Source: Piromyces finnis finn (taxonomy: Eukaryota > Fungi > Neocallimastigomycota). From it: a stretch of DNA of 64,000 nucleotides. Under the pieces are notes generated by a model. It saw nothing but the letters and a program-made list of their open reading frames with translations, had not been told where the DNA came from and did not search any database. The stretch covers positions 682,001 to 746,000 of the forward strand of contig MCFH01000021.1 of assembly GCA_002104945.1 (NCBI GenBank). The letters are read 5' to 3'. Position 1 is the first letter of the stretch. Each line of letters opens with the position of its first letter. The translations under genes and the position numbers were made by a program. Below are positions 1 to 11,833 of this stretch, piece by piece.

Positions 1-1393
1 TATGGGATTTAAATTAATGAAGAAAAATGATAAGAATAAAATGTTTGTTTTATTTGAATTTAAAAAGTTAGAAAAGAAAGAAGTTCAATCAAAAAAGAAT
101 ATAAACAAAGATGAAAGTGAAAAAGTTTTATTAAAACCATGTTTATATAAAAAGCGTTAATTAAAATGATACCTTTTTAGAATAATTGTATTGTTATAAG
201 ATATAGAATTAATAATATAAATGTAGTTAATTTTAATTACTAATTATCCTTATTTTTTAAAAATATTAATATACTATTAATTTAATAAATTTCTTTGATG
301 TAATAATATAAATGTAATGATTATTCAATAAAACCATTAATATTTAAACTTTTTTTTTTGGCTAATAACAATGTTTTTTTTTTTTTTTTTTGAACTTTTA
401 ATGAAATTTGATGAATGTATTATAAAAAAATTTTTTAAAATTAAAAATTTAAAAAAAAAAAAAAAAAAAGAATAATGTATATAACGTATTTTAGTAATTT
501 TAATTAAAAGAATGAAAAAGTAACAAGATCAAAATCCAATTTATCGGGAGACAAATTATAACAGATTATGGTTGCCCTAACCAAAATATATTAAAAAGTT
601 TACGTTAACTGTCAAAAATATATATATATATTTAGCTAAAGTTTCTGGTTTAGTTTTATTAAAACATTTTGATTCATAAGGAAATTTAAGTTTTTTTTTT
701 TTTTTTTTTTTTTGAGTAAATTAAAATGCTTATTCATATTTAGAATTATAATTATCATCTTCATATTTAATACCAATATTACCATTATTGTTATTTTTTC
801 TATTTCTAAAATTAATAAATCTTAAATATTAATAATACATAATAATTTAAAAAAAAAATATTTTATTTTAGACTTAAATTATAATTTTAATTTTTTTTTT
901 TTATTTAATTTTATTTTATTTTATTTTATATAAATAACATTTTTAATTATTATTTCTTTAAAACTTTTTTTTTTTAAAAAAATTAACATCTATTTAATAA
1001 AATCATCATTTAGATTTTTAATAATTTAAATATATATTGGAGTTTTTTTTTTTTTTTTTTTTTTTTTTGATTTTGTAGGTTTAAATTAAAAGATAAATTA
1101 AAAAATTTTTATAATTTTATTTTATATATATTCTTTATAAATTTGATTAGTATTCATATATTTTACTGAAATATTTAATTTTTCTATGAATTATTTAATT
1201 ATTAATTTTTGTTTGTTAATTATATTAAAATACTGATTTCTTTATTGAAGCTCAATTATTTTCTTCTTTTTCTTTTTTTATAAAGTTCATCTTGTAGTCT
1301 TATAATTTCTAAATTTTCTTTTAAATTATAACTAAATTTGTTCTTCATTCATGGTAATTTGTTTTTATTTTATGGAATAATAAATTAATTAAA

Positions 1394-2742
1394 TTAGTAT
1401 TCCCAGTTGTGTGAATCACCGTAGAGGAAGGAAACACTTTCACCATTATGAATTCTTCTTATTACTTCAGCGAACATAGAAGCGAAATCAAGAACCTTAA
1501 TTTTTGGACATTTTTCAACATGTTCTTCTTGTGGAATAGTGTTACCAACGATAACTTCATCAATGAAACTTTCATTAAGAAGGGTAAGAGCATCACCAGA
1601 TAAAATGGCGTGTGGAGCTACAGCGTAAATTCTCTTAGCACCTTGTTCATGTAAAAGCTTAGCAGCCTTAGTAATAGTATTAGCAGTATCAACAATATCA
1701 TCAAATAAAATACAAGTTTTGTCCTTAACATTACCAACAAGTTGCATATTATCCTTGTTCTTACGATCTTTGTGAATTAAACCAATAGAGGTGTTAAGAA
1801 TTTCACTAAGAGCAGTAGCTCTCTTGGCACCTCCAGCATCTGGAGAAACAATGATAGCATCCTTGTAATCTGGAATGTTATCTCTGATATATTTAGCAAT
1901 TAAAGGTTGACTAGTTAAATTATCAACTGGAATATCAAAGAAACCTTGGAATTGTGGATCATGAAGATCAAGAGTAATGATTTGATCAGCACCTATCATT
2001 TAAAAAGTATTATAATATGTTATTAATATTATATTTTTAAAATGATTTTTTCAAAATATATATCATATTTCACATTTCTAATTTTTACCAGCAGCAGTAA
2101 TCATGTTGGCAATTAAAGTACCAGAACTAGCAGTCCAATGCTTGTAACCAGTTTGGTTCTTTGGTGGTTCTGGTAATTGGCTAAGATCCATAACAGTAGT
2201 GTTAGCCTTTGCCTTTTTGTTGGCTTCAGTTTCTATTTTTTTTATTATATTAAAATTTATTAATTTTTAATAACAACAACCAAATATATACACTCCAATT
2301 ATTAACACTTTTATTGTACCTTTTGGTTCATCAAAAGATAAATCTTCTGGTTCACGATTACGAGAGTATGGGAAGAATGGACAAACACAAATAACTCTTC
2401 TACATAATTCCAAAATATTTGAAAATTTAAATGTTTAATCTTACATTTCTAAATAAATTATATTATTATTGTTATTATTATAAGTGATAAATACCTAGCA
2501 CTAGCAGTTCTACAAGCACCAATCATAATAATAAGTTCAATTAAGTTGTCATTGACTTGACCGCAACCAGATTGAACAATGTAAACATCATTTTCACGAA
2601 TAGATTGATGAATTTCAACATTAGTTTCTTGGTTAGAGAATTTGGAAAGAGTAACCTTACCAACTGGAATACCTAACTTTTCACCAATTTGTTGAGTAAG
2701 TTTTGGATGAGCTGAACCAGATAAAACTACAAGATTGTTCAT
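1394..2742 (-). CDS. PRS: Ribose-phosphate pyrophosphokinase (PRPP synthetase), Prs5-like; 4 exons, ~356 aa
   Basis: Exons 2742-2495, 2399-2320, 2232-2089 and 1992-1394 join in frame through GT-AG introns. Motifs: [72 protein letters not shown]. Confidence 0.95.
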
Positions 2743-3303
2743 TTTATATTACTTTTATTATTAAAGTAATATTATAAAATTATTTAATAAAATTAGTATA
2801 TTAAACCTATTTTTTAAAATTATTTTAATAATACACTAAACATTAAATGTATTTAACTTTTAAATTAATAAATATTTAGTTATTTCACTTTTAATATTCA
2901 TAACTAATTAATAATACTATTTGAATTTTAACAATTATTTATATGAGATATTTCTTTTATATTTTTAATATGAATATTTATTTTTCTATAATTCTTTTAA
3001 AATTATCAATAATTTATAGTTCATTCAATTATTTTATCCTAAGCTAATATATATTTTTAAAACCAACAAATTACTTTTGAATATGAAGTAATAATATTGA
3101 GCAACTCATTTATTTCTATTAAACAAATCAGTTTTGTTATTATCAATACTAACAATCAATAATAATTACCTTTATGTAATAATATATTATCGAAAAAAAA
3201 TTAAAATTAAAAGCAAATTTGGTAATTATTGAATTTATTATTTTAATATATCTTAATTTCAAAAAAAAAAAAAAATTAAAAAAGTTAGAAATAATTGAAA
3301 TAT

Positions 3304-3312
3304 GATTGGTTA
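3304..3312 (-). promoter_or_regulatory. CCAAT box upstream of PRS
   Basis: GATTGGTTA on plus = TAACCAATC on minus, in the divergent gap between PRS and the small secreted-peptide gene. Confidence 0.3.
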
Positions 3313-4088
3313 GAGTTAAGTTATTAATTTTGATTTGCTTTTTTTTTTTTTTTTTAAACTTTTTCTATTATAAAATTTTAAAAAAAATAAAAATGTTTCA
3401 AAAACAAAATTAAAAAAAAACCTATTAAACTACGTACAAATATTATAAATGGAGATTTAAGCCATACATTATCCCATATTTTTGCCACATTTCAGGAAAT
3501 TTTGTATTTATAAAATATAGGAATGTGGGAAATAAACTTTATAAAAATTAAAATTTTTTTACACAAAAATTATTAAACGTAAATTAATATATATATCCCT
3601 ATAATAGTTATAATTTAATTTTTTATCTTTAAATTGTGAATTAATGAATTTATGGAAAATTATTGACATATGCCAGGAAGTAAAAGAAAATAAAATGACT
3701 TATGTAAAATAAAAATATAAATTTATTAAAGTTTTTATTAATATTATTTTTGTACATCTGCCAAATTCTATGCAAACTTTGGAATGTAAAAATATTTTAT
3801 TTATTTATTCAGTATTATACCATTCTACTTTTTTTTAAATTATTTTTTTAATATAGAAATTTAAAAATTAAACTTTATCAATTTTATTAGTCAATTTTTA
3901 TATTCCTATATTTTAATTAATATATAATAATAATAATAATATTTAAATTAAATAGATTTTTAAAAATATTTTAAAAATATCCTCTTACAAATTAAACCCC
4001 TTTCCATTTAAATAATAATATAAATTTTTTAAAAATAAATTTAAAATACTTTTAAAAAAAATTCTTTAATATTAAAAAAAAAAAAAAT

Positions 4089-4597
4089 ATGAAAACTAAT
4101 TATTTATTATTACTCTTCTTATTTGGATTTTTATTAATATTATCAAATGGAAAACTCGTAAGAAGGGACATGACTGTTGAAGAAATTGAAGAATTTGATA
4201 AAAGTAAGAAAAAAAGTTTTTTGAAATTCAAATTTTATATTAATTCAAATGTTATTTAATGAATTAAATTTAAAAAATAAAATATAATTAAAAGAATTTA
4301 AAATAGAATGTTTTGAAATTTCTCTTTTTAATTTATTTTACATTTTAAACTATATATATTTAAAAAAAAATAATAATAGTAAAAGATAAAAAAGATAAAA
4401 ACAAACTAGATATTTTTATTTAATAACATCTTTTAAATTGTTTTTATAAATCACTAATTGGATTTTTTTTTATTCATAAAAACACAGATTTCAAGATTGA
4501 TAAGGGCAAAATAAAGCCACCAAGTATTGATATTGATTTTGATAAATTGGAAGAAAAACTTAAAGAAAAGAAGATGGAAGAAAAAGAAAAAAAATAA
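4089..4597 (+). CDS. Putative small secreted protein, 74 aa, 2 exons (4089-4203, 4488-4597)
   Basis: MKTNYLLLLFLFGFLLILSNG-KLVRR-DMTVEEIEEFDK|NFKIDKGKIKPPSIDIDFDKLEEKLKEKKMEEKEKK*. Donor GTAAGA at 4204, branch-like CACTAAT near 4452 and acceptor ACAG at 4487 are phase-compatible. Signal-peptide-like N-terminus. Confidence 0.65.
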
Positions 4598-5846
4598 AAT
4601 TTTTCATGTGAAATTATAAATCTCAAAAAAAAATAAAGAAAATAAAATGATATATATATAAGCATATAAGCATTATTATTTGTTAACAATAATATTAGTG
4701 AATATATTTATATTAAATATTTAAATAATTGTAAAACCAAGTTTTCAAATTCATTATCCAATTTAGTGTAGAATTTATGAAAACTCAATATTACATTAAT
4801 AATCATAGTTAAAATTTGTAAATATAATAAACACTTTAAAAAGTATATAAAATTATATATATTATCAATATTATATAAAGTAATGAAATTTAAGTATATA
4901 AAATATAAAAGTAATAATACTATTGTCTGCTTTCATTTTATATTTTAGTACTCTGCAATAAATTATGTATATAGAATATATAGAATATATATTTTTGTTT
5001 TATTGTTAATTCTTTTTATTCATTTCTGACATTAAGATATTATTGTATAAATGTATTTAAATAAAAAACTCATTTTTAAGCACATTCTAATTTTTAACTA
5101 TTTTCAGTTTCTTAAAAAATAAATATTTTTTTTATTAAAACTAATGTTTAAAATAATGATTATAGGTAGAAGAGTAAAATAAGTTTATTTTGGGTTAAAT
5201 TTATTAATTAAAGATACTTAATATTTAAAAAAAAAAAAAAAAAAAAAAAAACAGCTTTTTTCTTTAAAAAAAAAAAAAAGGAAAAGAAAAGAATTAAATA
5301 TTTATAATTATGATATGGTAATATTAAGAATAAAAATAGTATAAATTTGAATTTATATGTAACAGTAACTAAAATATTAATTATGGTTAATTATATTTAA
5401 AAAGGAAAATGATTAAAAATAAAATTAATAGAAAAATTTTAATGAATAAATTTAAAACAAAATAAAAAGTTTAATTTAATGATTTTTTAAATTTTAATCG
5501 TCAGTATTTTTATAATTAAAATGTTTTTAATTATAGTAACTAAATTTTATAATGACAAAATTATTACTATATTATTATTAGTAATACTTGACATCATTAA
5601 AATAATATATATACAATATATATATGGATTGTATGGTTATTAAAATATAAGTATTTGATATGGTTTTCTTTATAAAATTTTAACTATTTCAAAAATTTTA
5701 TTGATTATTTAATAATTAACCCTAATAATGAATTATTAAATTATACAATAATTAATATAATATTAATGGATTAAGCTTTATAAATTTTCTCATATCCTTA
5801 TGTAATACAAAAAAATATAAATTGAAGATTAATACTTTTTTTCTTT

Positions 5847-5882
<36 letters not shown>

Positions 5883-6153
5883 TTATTTAAATAATAATGA
5901 AATTTTTAAATTAGAAATATTATTACTTTTAGTATTAGGAACATACATGGTAAATCATCATATCAAAAAAGCCTTTATTATTAAAATGAAATTTTAATCA
6001 TAACTATTGCTTGCTTATATTATTTTAATGCTAATATAATAAATTATAGTTGGAAGAAAAAACTTAAAAATAATTGTTTATATATTGCTTATTAAAAAAG
6101 ATAATAAATATAAAAAGAAAGTATAAAAATTAATCTATTAAAAAATAAACAAT

Positions 6154-9135
6154 ATGCATTCATTAAAAGGATTATTTAAACATAAAAGTAAAAGTGAAAA
6201 TTTCTTAAATGATTTATCGGATTTAGGCCCAGATGAAAAGGCCAAAAAAAAGAAGATAAAGGATTTAAAAAAAGAAAATAGTAAAAAAAGTAATAATAGT
6301 TTACTTAAAAATTTAAGTAGGCATTCATCAAGAATTTCAAATATTGGATTAGAGAATAAATCCTCGGAAAAATTGAAAGAAGCAGCTATTGTAAACGATT
6401 TAATAATAAATAATAATGAATCTAATGAATCTGAAGTTTCTTTACTTGAAAATAAAAATAATATAGAAAATGTTAATATAAAAAATATAAAAGATAATAA
6501 TAATAATAATAACAACAACAATAATAATAATAACGATAACAACAATAATAATAATAACAACAACAATAATAATAATAACGATAACAACAATAATAATAAT
6601 AACAACAATAATAATGTTCTTATTAAAAGAACATTACAAGAAGTAGGAACTAGTATTAGTATGCCTATTATTAATCAAATTCCAAGTCAAACGGAAGATG
6701 AGTACACAAATTCATTACAGAAAACTAAAAAAGAACTTAAGAAAGAACAAAAGCAGAAGAAAAAAGAAGAAAAGAAAGAATTAAAAATCCAAAAGAAAAA
6801 AGAAAAAAATGAGAAAAAGATGAAAGAAAATCAAGAGAAAGGTGAATTATATGCACTTAATATTAAAAAAAAGAAGAAAGATATAAAAAAAGAAATAAAA
6901 AAAATTAATAAATTAAATAAAAAAAATAGTAAGTTAAATAATAGTGATGAAAGAGATATTGCAATTTTAAATAGTGAAAATAAGGAAGCAATAACGGGCA
7001 TTAAAAATGAAGATAATAAAATAACTGATGAAAATTTAAATGATGGTTTAGAAGACGATAATGAAATACTAAATAATAAAAGTGAAAAGGAAATTAATGA
7101 TACAAATAAAGATAATAATAATATAATAAATTCAATAAGTGATGAAGAAAAAAATGACACAATAAAAGATATAAAAAATGATACTATTAGAATTACTGAT
7201 GAAACATTGAAAAATAATGAATATTTAAATGATAAAATTGATAATTATGTATCAAATAATGATAATATAATTGATGAAAAGAATGATGCCAAGGATAATA
7301 ATGAAAACATAGATAAAGATGCTATCATAATAGATAACGAAGAAGAGAACGATGAGGAAAATAATGAAGAAGAGGAGAGTGAGGAAAATAATGATGATGA
7401 AGATTATAATAGTGATGAATATGAAGAACAAAAAGCCAAAATAATACCATTAAAAGATTCAGATGATAATAGTAATGAAAATATGGAAAAAATCAATAAA
7501 GAAGTTCCAGAAAATAATAAGTTTGAAGCTAATGATAGTATACTCAGTAAAAATATTGAAAAGAGAGAGAATTTATTAAATGATAATAGTGATAAAAATG
7601 AAAAAGATCAAACAAAAAGTATTAATATTGATAAAGAAAGAAATCTAGAAGAAAACAATAATAAAGAAGAAAAATTAAAGGGTGATGAGAAAGAGAATGA
7701 TGATAAAATAAAAAGTGAAGAAAAAAATAAAAAGAAAAAAGAAGAAATTGAAGCAATTGAGGATGATCTTCCATTGGCAATATTACGTTATAAGAATCCT
7801 CAACCAGAACAGAAAACTGATGAAGAAGAAGAAGAAGAACCATTATATAATATAAAGATGAAATGTATGAAAAGAAAAAGTACGTCTGCAAGTTCTTTAT
7901 TGAATGGAAGAAGTATGTTGGCATCTGATTTATTAAATCGTGTAAGATATTCTATGGCATTACGAAGTGGAAACTTTACATCAAATATGCAAAATTATAA
8001 TGGAGGAATTCGAAAATGCCAAAGTTATGATTTATTAAAATCATATAATAACGATGAAGATGAAGATATATCTTTAGCAGAATTCAAAGAAAAAAGAGCA
8101 GAATATCTAACACAACTTAATGAAATGCAAACTAAACGTCTCTCTACTATCAGTGCCATGAGCAATAATGCTCCTAGTAATAATAGAAATATAGTAAGGA
8201 ATTCTGGTATGTGTGTATCTTATAGTTCTGGATGTTTAAGTTCATACAATCGACCAGTACCTCCTAATAGTGTTGGTCCAGTTAATGGAATGATAATGAA
8301 TAGATCACCAATGAATGGAATGGTCATGAATGGTGCTCCTATAAATGGTATGGCTATGAATGGAGTACCAATTAATGGTATGGCTATGAATGGTATACCA
8401 AAGAATGGAAAATATGTAAATTCATCGAACGAATCATTAAATAATCCATTATTAATGTCAATTGTTCCTGAAATGTATCCTATTAATAATAGGCAGTCAT
8501 TTATAACTCCGGGATATAATAGAAACTCAATGAGTTTGATGTCTCTTGCAGAATTAAATAAAAGTATTGCTGATCAAGAGATACAAAGAAAAAGACAATC
8601 TATTATTGAAAGCAATAAAAGAAGATCACAAATTATGATGAATGGTTATACACCAAATGAAAAATTAAAAAGTAGTAATAATAGTATTACTAGTGGCAAT
8701 GCTAGTGGTAGTAATAGTAATTCGAAAAAAAATAATTACGATGATAAGGAAAATAAACCATCAATACCACATTCATTTTCTGGTGGAAATCTTGTAAACC
8801 AAGGTAGATATGAAAATGAAATCCAAGAATATCCTGGCCAAAAGTTTGTTACTTTTACTCCACTAGAATTTAATACTTTCCCGGCGACAGCATCAGTTCG
8901 TGTTATTCCAGGTCAATCAAAAAGAGATAAATTACAAAGAAGAAGTTTAGCTGTAGAAGTTCAAGCGCCAAAGGATAATTATATTCCAATTGAAACTAAA
9001 GAAAATAATTATATGGAAATTGAAAATCTTAAATACAGAAAGCAGAAAAAGAAGGAAATACAAGAATATAAAGATAAAATTAATTCTTGGATAAATAATT
9101 CTGAGTCATCATCACAAAGTAAGAATAATAATTAG
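6154..9135 (+). CDS. Uncharacterised 993-aa low-complexity/disordered protein (Asn run, Lys/Glu-rich coiled coil, acidic region, Met/Asn/Gly repeats)
   Basis: Uninterrupted 2982-nt ORF in DNA where stop codons are very frequent; GC higher than the flanks in its 3' half. No recognisable domain. Confidence 0.85.
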   Translation: MHSLKGLFKHKSKSENFLNDLSDLGPDEKAKKKKIKDLKKENSKKSNNSLLKNLSRHSSRISNIGLENKSSEKLKEAAIVNDLIINNNESNESEVSLLENKNNIENVNIKNIKDNNNNNNNNNNNNNDNNNNNNNNNNNNNNDNNNNNNNNNNNVLIKRTLQEVGTSISMPIINQIPSQTEDEYTNSLQKTKKELKKEQKQKKKEEKKELKIQKKKEKNEKKMKENQEKGELYALNIKKKKKDIKKEIKKINKLNKKNSKLNNSDERDIAILNSENKEAITGIKNEDNKITDENLNDGLEDDNEILNNKSEKEINDTNKDNNNIINSISDEEKNDTIKDIKNDTIRITDETLKNNEYLNDKIDNYVSNNDNIIDEKNDAKDNNENIDKDAIIIDNEEENDEENNEEEESEENNDDEDYNSDEYEEQKAKIIPLKDSDDNSNENMEKINKEVPENNKFEANDSILSKNIEKRENLLNDNSDKNEKDQTKSINIDKERNLEENNNKEEKLKGDEKENDDKIKSEEKNKKKKEEIEAIEDDLPLAILRYKNPQPEQKTDEEEEEEPLYNIKMKCMKRKSTSASSLLNGRSMLASDLLNRVRYSMALRSGNFTSNMQNYNGGIRKCQSYDLLKSYNNDEDEDISLAEFKEKRAEYLTQLNEMQTKRLSTISAMSNNAPSNNRNIVRNSGMCVSYSSGCLSSYNRPVPPNSVGPVNGMIMNRSPMNGMVMNGAPINGMAMNGVPINGMAMNGIPKNGKYVNSSNESLNNPLLMSIVPEMYPINNRQSFITPGYNRNSMSLMSLAELNKSIADQEIQRKRQSIIESNKRRSQIMMNGYTPNEKLKSSNNSITSGNASGSNSNSKKNNYDDKENKPSIPHSFSGGNLVNQGRYENEIQEYPGQKFVTFTPLEFNTFPATASVRVIPGQSKRDKLQRRSLAVEVQAPKDNYIPIETKENNYMEIENLKYRKQKKKEIQEYKDKINSWINNSESSSQSKNNN
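8284..8409 (+). repeat. Coding tandem repeat, 30-bp (10-aa) units x4
   Basis: NGMIMNRSPM NGMVMNGAPI NGMAMNGVPI NGMAMNGIPK NG. Confidence 0.85.
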
Positions 9136-9570
9136 TTACATAAATAGTAGTAGTAATTTTAATATATTCAATTAAATTTTCTATCTTTAAAATATTAGTA
9201 TTATTAATATAAAAATCTCATTTTTGTATTAATAAAAATTTAATAATAAAATTTATATATATAAAAAAGAAAATAAATAAATATAAAAAAACAAGAAAAA
9301 AAAAAAAAACTAGATTACAATAAAAGTATTAATATCTAATAAATAACTTTTGTTAGTAAATATATACTATAATATTATTAAAAAGCATAAAAAAAAAAAA
9401 AAAAAAGAAAAAATTTTAACATTAAATTTCGAAAAATAAAATATATTTTTATATTCATTGATCAAATAATAATATAAAATATAGTTAATATATCATGATC
9501 CTTTTTTATTTTTATATAATTTGTTTTATATTAGTATATATAATTATGCTTATTTTATTATTTATTTAAT

Positions 9571-9610
<40 letters not shown>

Positions 9611-9779
9611 TTATTATTATTATTATTTTTCAAAAGTGATTAAATGAATTAAAAAAAAAGGAAAATATTTTAAAATTATTATTATCATTATAAAGAATAG
9701 TAATAGATATATAGTAATTTGTTTAATTTATGGGTTTAGTTTAGTATGTTTTGTACACATAAAAAATTCTTTTATTGAA

Positions 9780-10182
9780 TTAATTTAAAGCTCCTTGTAT
9801 TATCTTTTTTTCTGAATCATTCAAGAATTGTTCGCAGATACCCATAAAGTTATTAACGTTAGCACTTGCACATTTTCTGAAGAAATCTTGTAAATATTCC
9901 TATTAAAATAATAAAAATAGAATTATTATTTTGAAACAAATAAATATTATATTTGTAAAATTTAATGCGATTTATTCTTTAACATACATTAATCTTTATT
10001 TGATAAATTGGATCATTTTTAATATCTTCATCTTCTTCTTCATAACCACCTTCGTCATCATCAATATAACCATAATCAACAATTTCTAGAAGATATACAA
10101 TTAAAAATAAAAATATTTATATGATTAATATAAAATATTATATATATATACATATTTATTGAAAATATAATATATTTATTAT

Positions 10183-10239
<57 letters not shown>

Positions 10240-11802
10240 ATAAATATTTGAAATCACCTTCACCTGCAAGATCATCTTCCCAAGCATCATCTTCCTATAA
10301 TATTATTAAATTGTTAATATTTATTATTATTATTTTTTAATATTTTTTTTAAAGAAAAAAATAAATAAAATATTTATTATCTAACCTCATCATAACCTTC
10401 AACATAACTTTCTTCTTCTTGTAATGAACGTTGATATTCGTTTGCTAATAATTTAACAGCCTTAACATAGAATGGTAATTGATTATATTGTTTAGCTAAA
10501 TTAATGTGATAATTATTTTTTTTTTTTTTAGATTAAATGACTATAAACATTAAATAATCATTTTTATTTATTACTTATTATTTATAGTATATTTACCTGC
10601 TTTACTTTTAGAACGAGTCATAATACCTTAATGATTTTTTTTTTAATAAGTAGAATTAATAATTATTTTAATATTTTTTATATTTATTTATAAAATATCT
10701 TACCATTATTTTCTGTAATAATTAAATCACCTTGAACCATAACATATTGTAAATTTTGTTCAGTAGATGTAAATAATTTACTTAATGAAACAGTACTATT
10801 ATTATTTAATATTATCATAATAATATGTAAAAAGGTAATTAGCATATAATTAAATTTATATATATTAAATAATTAATAATAACAAACCATAATTTAGTCT
10901 TAAAGACACCTTGGAAACTATCAGAGTGTTCACACCATGCTCCTAAAATGATTTCTAAACCACTCTTTCCTTCAATATTTAATTGTGATAAAAATGATGT
11001 GACTGTTTCCATTTGGGATTGAATTAATTGAGCAAAAACGCAAATCATAGACTAAAGTAAAATTAAAAGAAAAAAAAAAACATATTATAAATAATTGATA
11101 AAAATACTTTTATATATTATTTAATGTACTTATAATTGTGATCTTTAACTTACTTGAATAAAGATGGTGTTTTTTGAAATAGCAACACGACGTGTAATAG
11201 CTGTTAATAAATCTGGTAAGATTTGTGCAATATCATTACCACCCTTTAAAATTAGTTTATTAATTAAATCACCTAAGAAAATTGAGGCATTATCAGATTG
11301 AGATGGATCTAACATTTTTGCAATAAATTCAACAATCAAAACAACACCATTCTTTCCAGAATTTGGATCAACCCTATATCATTTAACAAAATATAATAAT
11401 TAGTTGTTGATTTATGGTGTAATTATATAATCAATACAAATTATTGTTAAATTTAATTATACCAAGCAATTAATTGAGGTAAAGCTTTGTGAATCATGTA
11501 TTTTAAGTAGTCTTGGCCAGTCTTTTTTTAATAATATTAATAAAGAATCGAGTGGTAAGAATATATTTTAAAAAATCTTTAATATACTTCAAAAAATTTA
11601 AGAATTACTTGTAAAACGGAATGATCATCAGTAGTTGATAATAATTGAATTAAAGTTGGGAAGATTTGTTCAATATACAATGGTGGTAGTGGATTTACAC
11701 AACATTTCTTTACTAAAACAGTAAGTAATTCAACGCAAGACTATATATTTGAATTAAATTATATTTATTATTTTTCATTTTTATATAATTAGATTTTAAT
11801 AC

Positions 11803-11833
<31 letters not shown>

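Noticed and set aside
570-585. CCCTAA telomere-like hexamer
   Set aside because: Single copy, not an array.
4474-4689. Minus-strand hydrophobic 71-aa ORF
   Set aside because: Antisense to exon 2 of the plus-strand peptide gene, which has the splice signals and signal peptide.
5793-5801. ATATCCTTA resembling a U12 5' splice site upstream of the 993-aa gene
   Set aside because: No coding junction to test and no convincing branch point/AC pair. Similar matches at about 20334 and 15601 are mid-intron or intergenic.
6138-7924. Antisense ORFs 6138..6608, 6831..7160 and 7622..7924 (poly-Leu, Phe/Ser-rich)
   Set aside because: Reverse-complement shadows of the Asn/Lys/Glu-rich 993-aa CDS.
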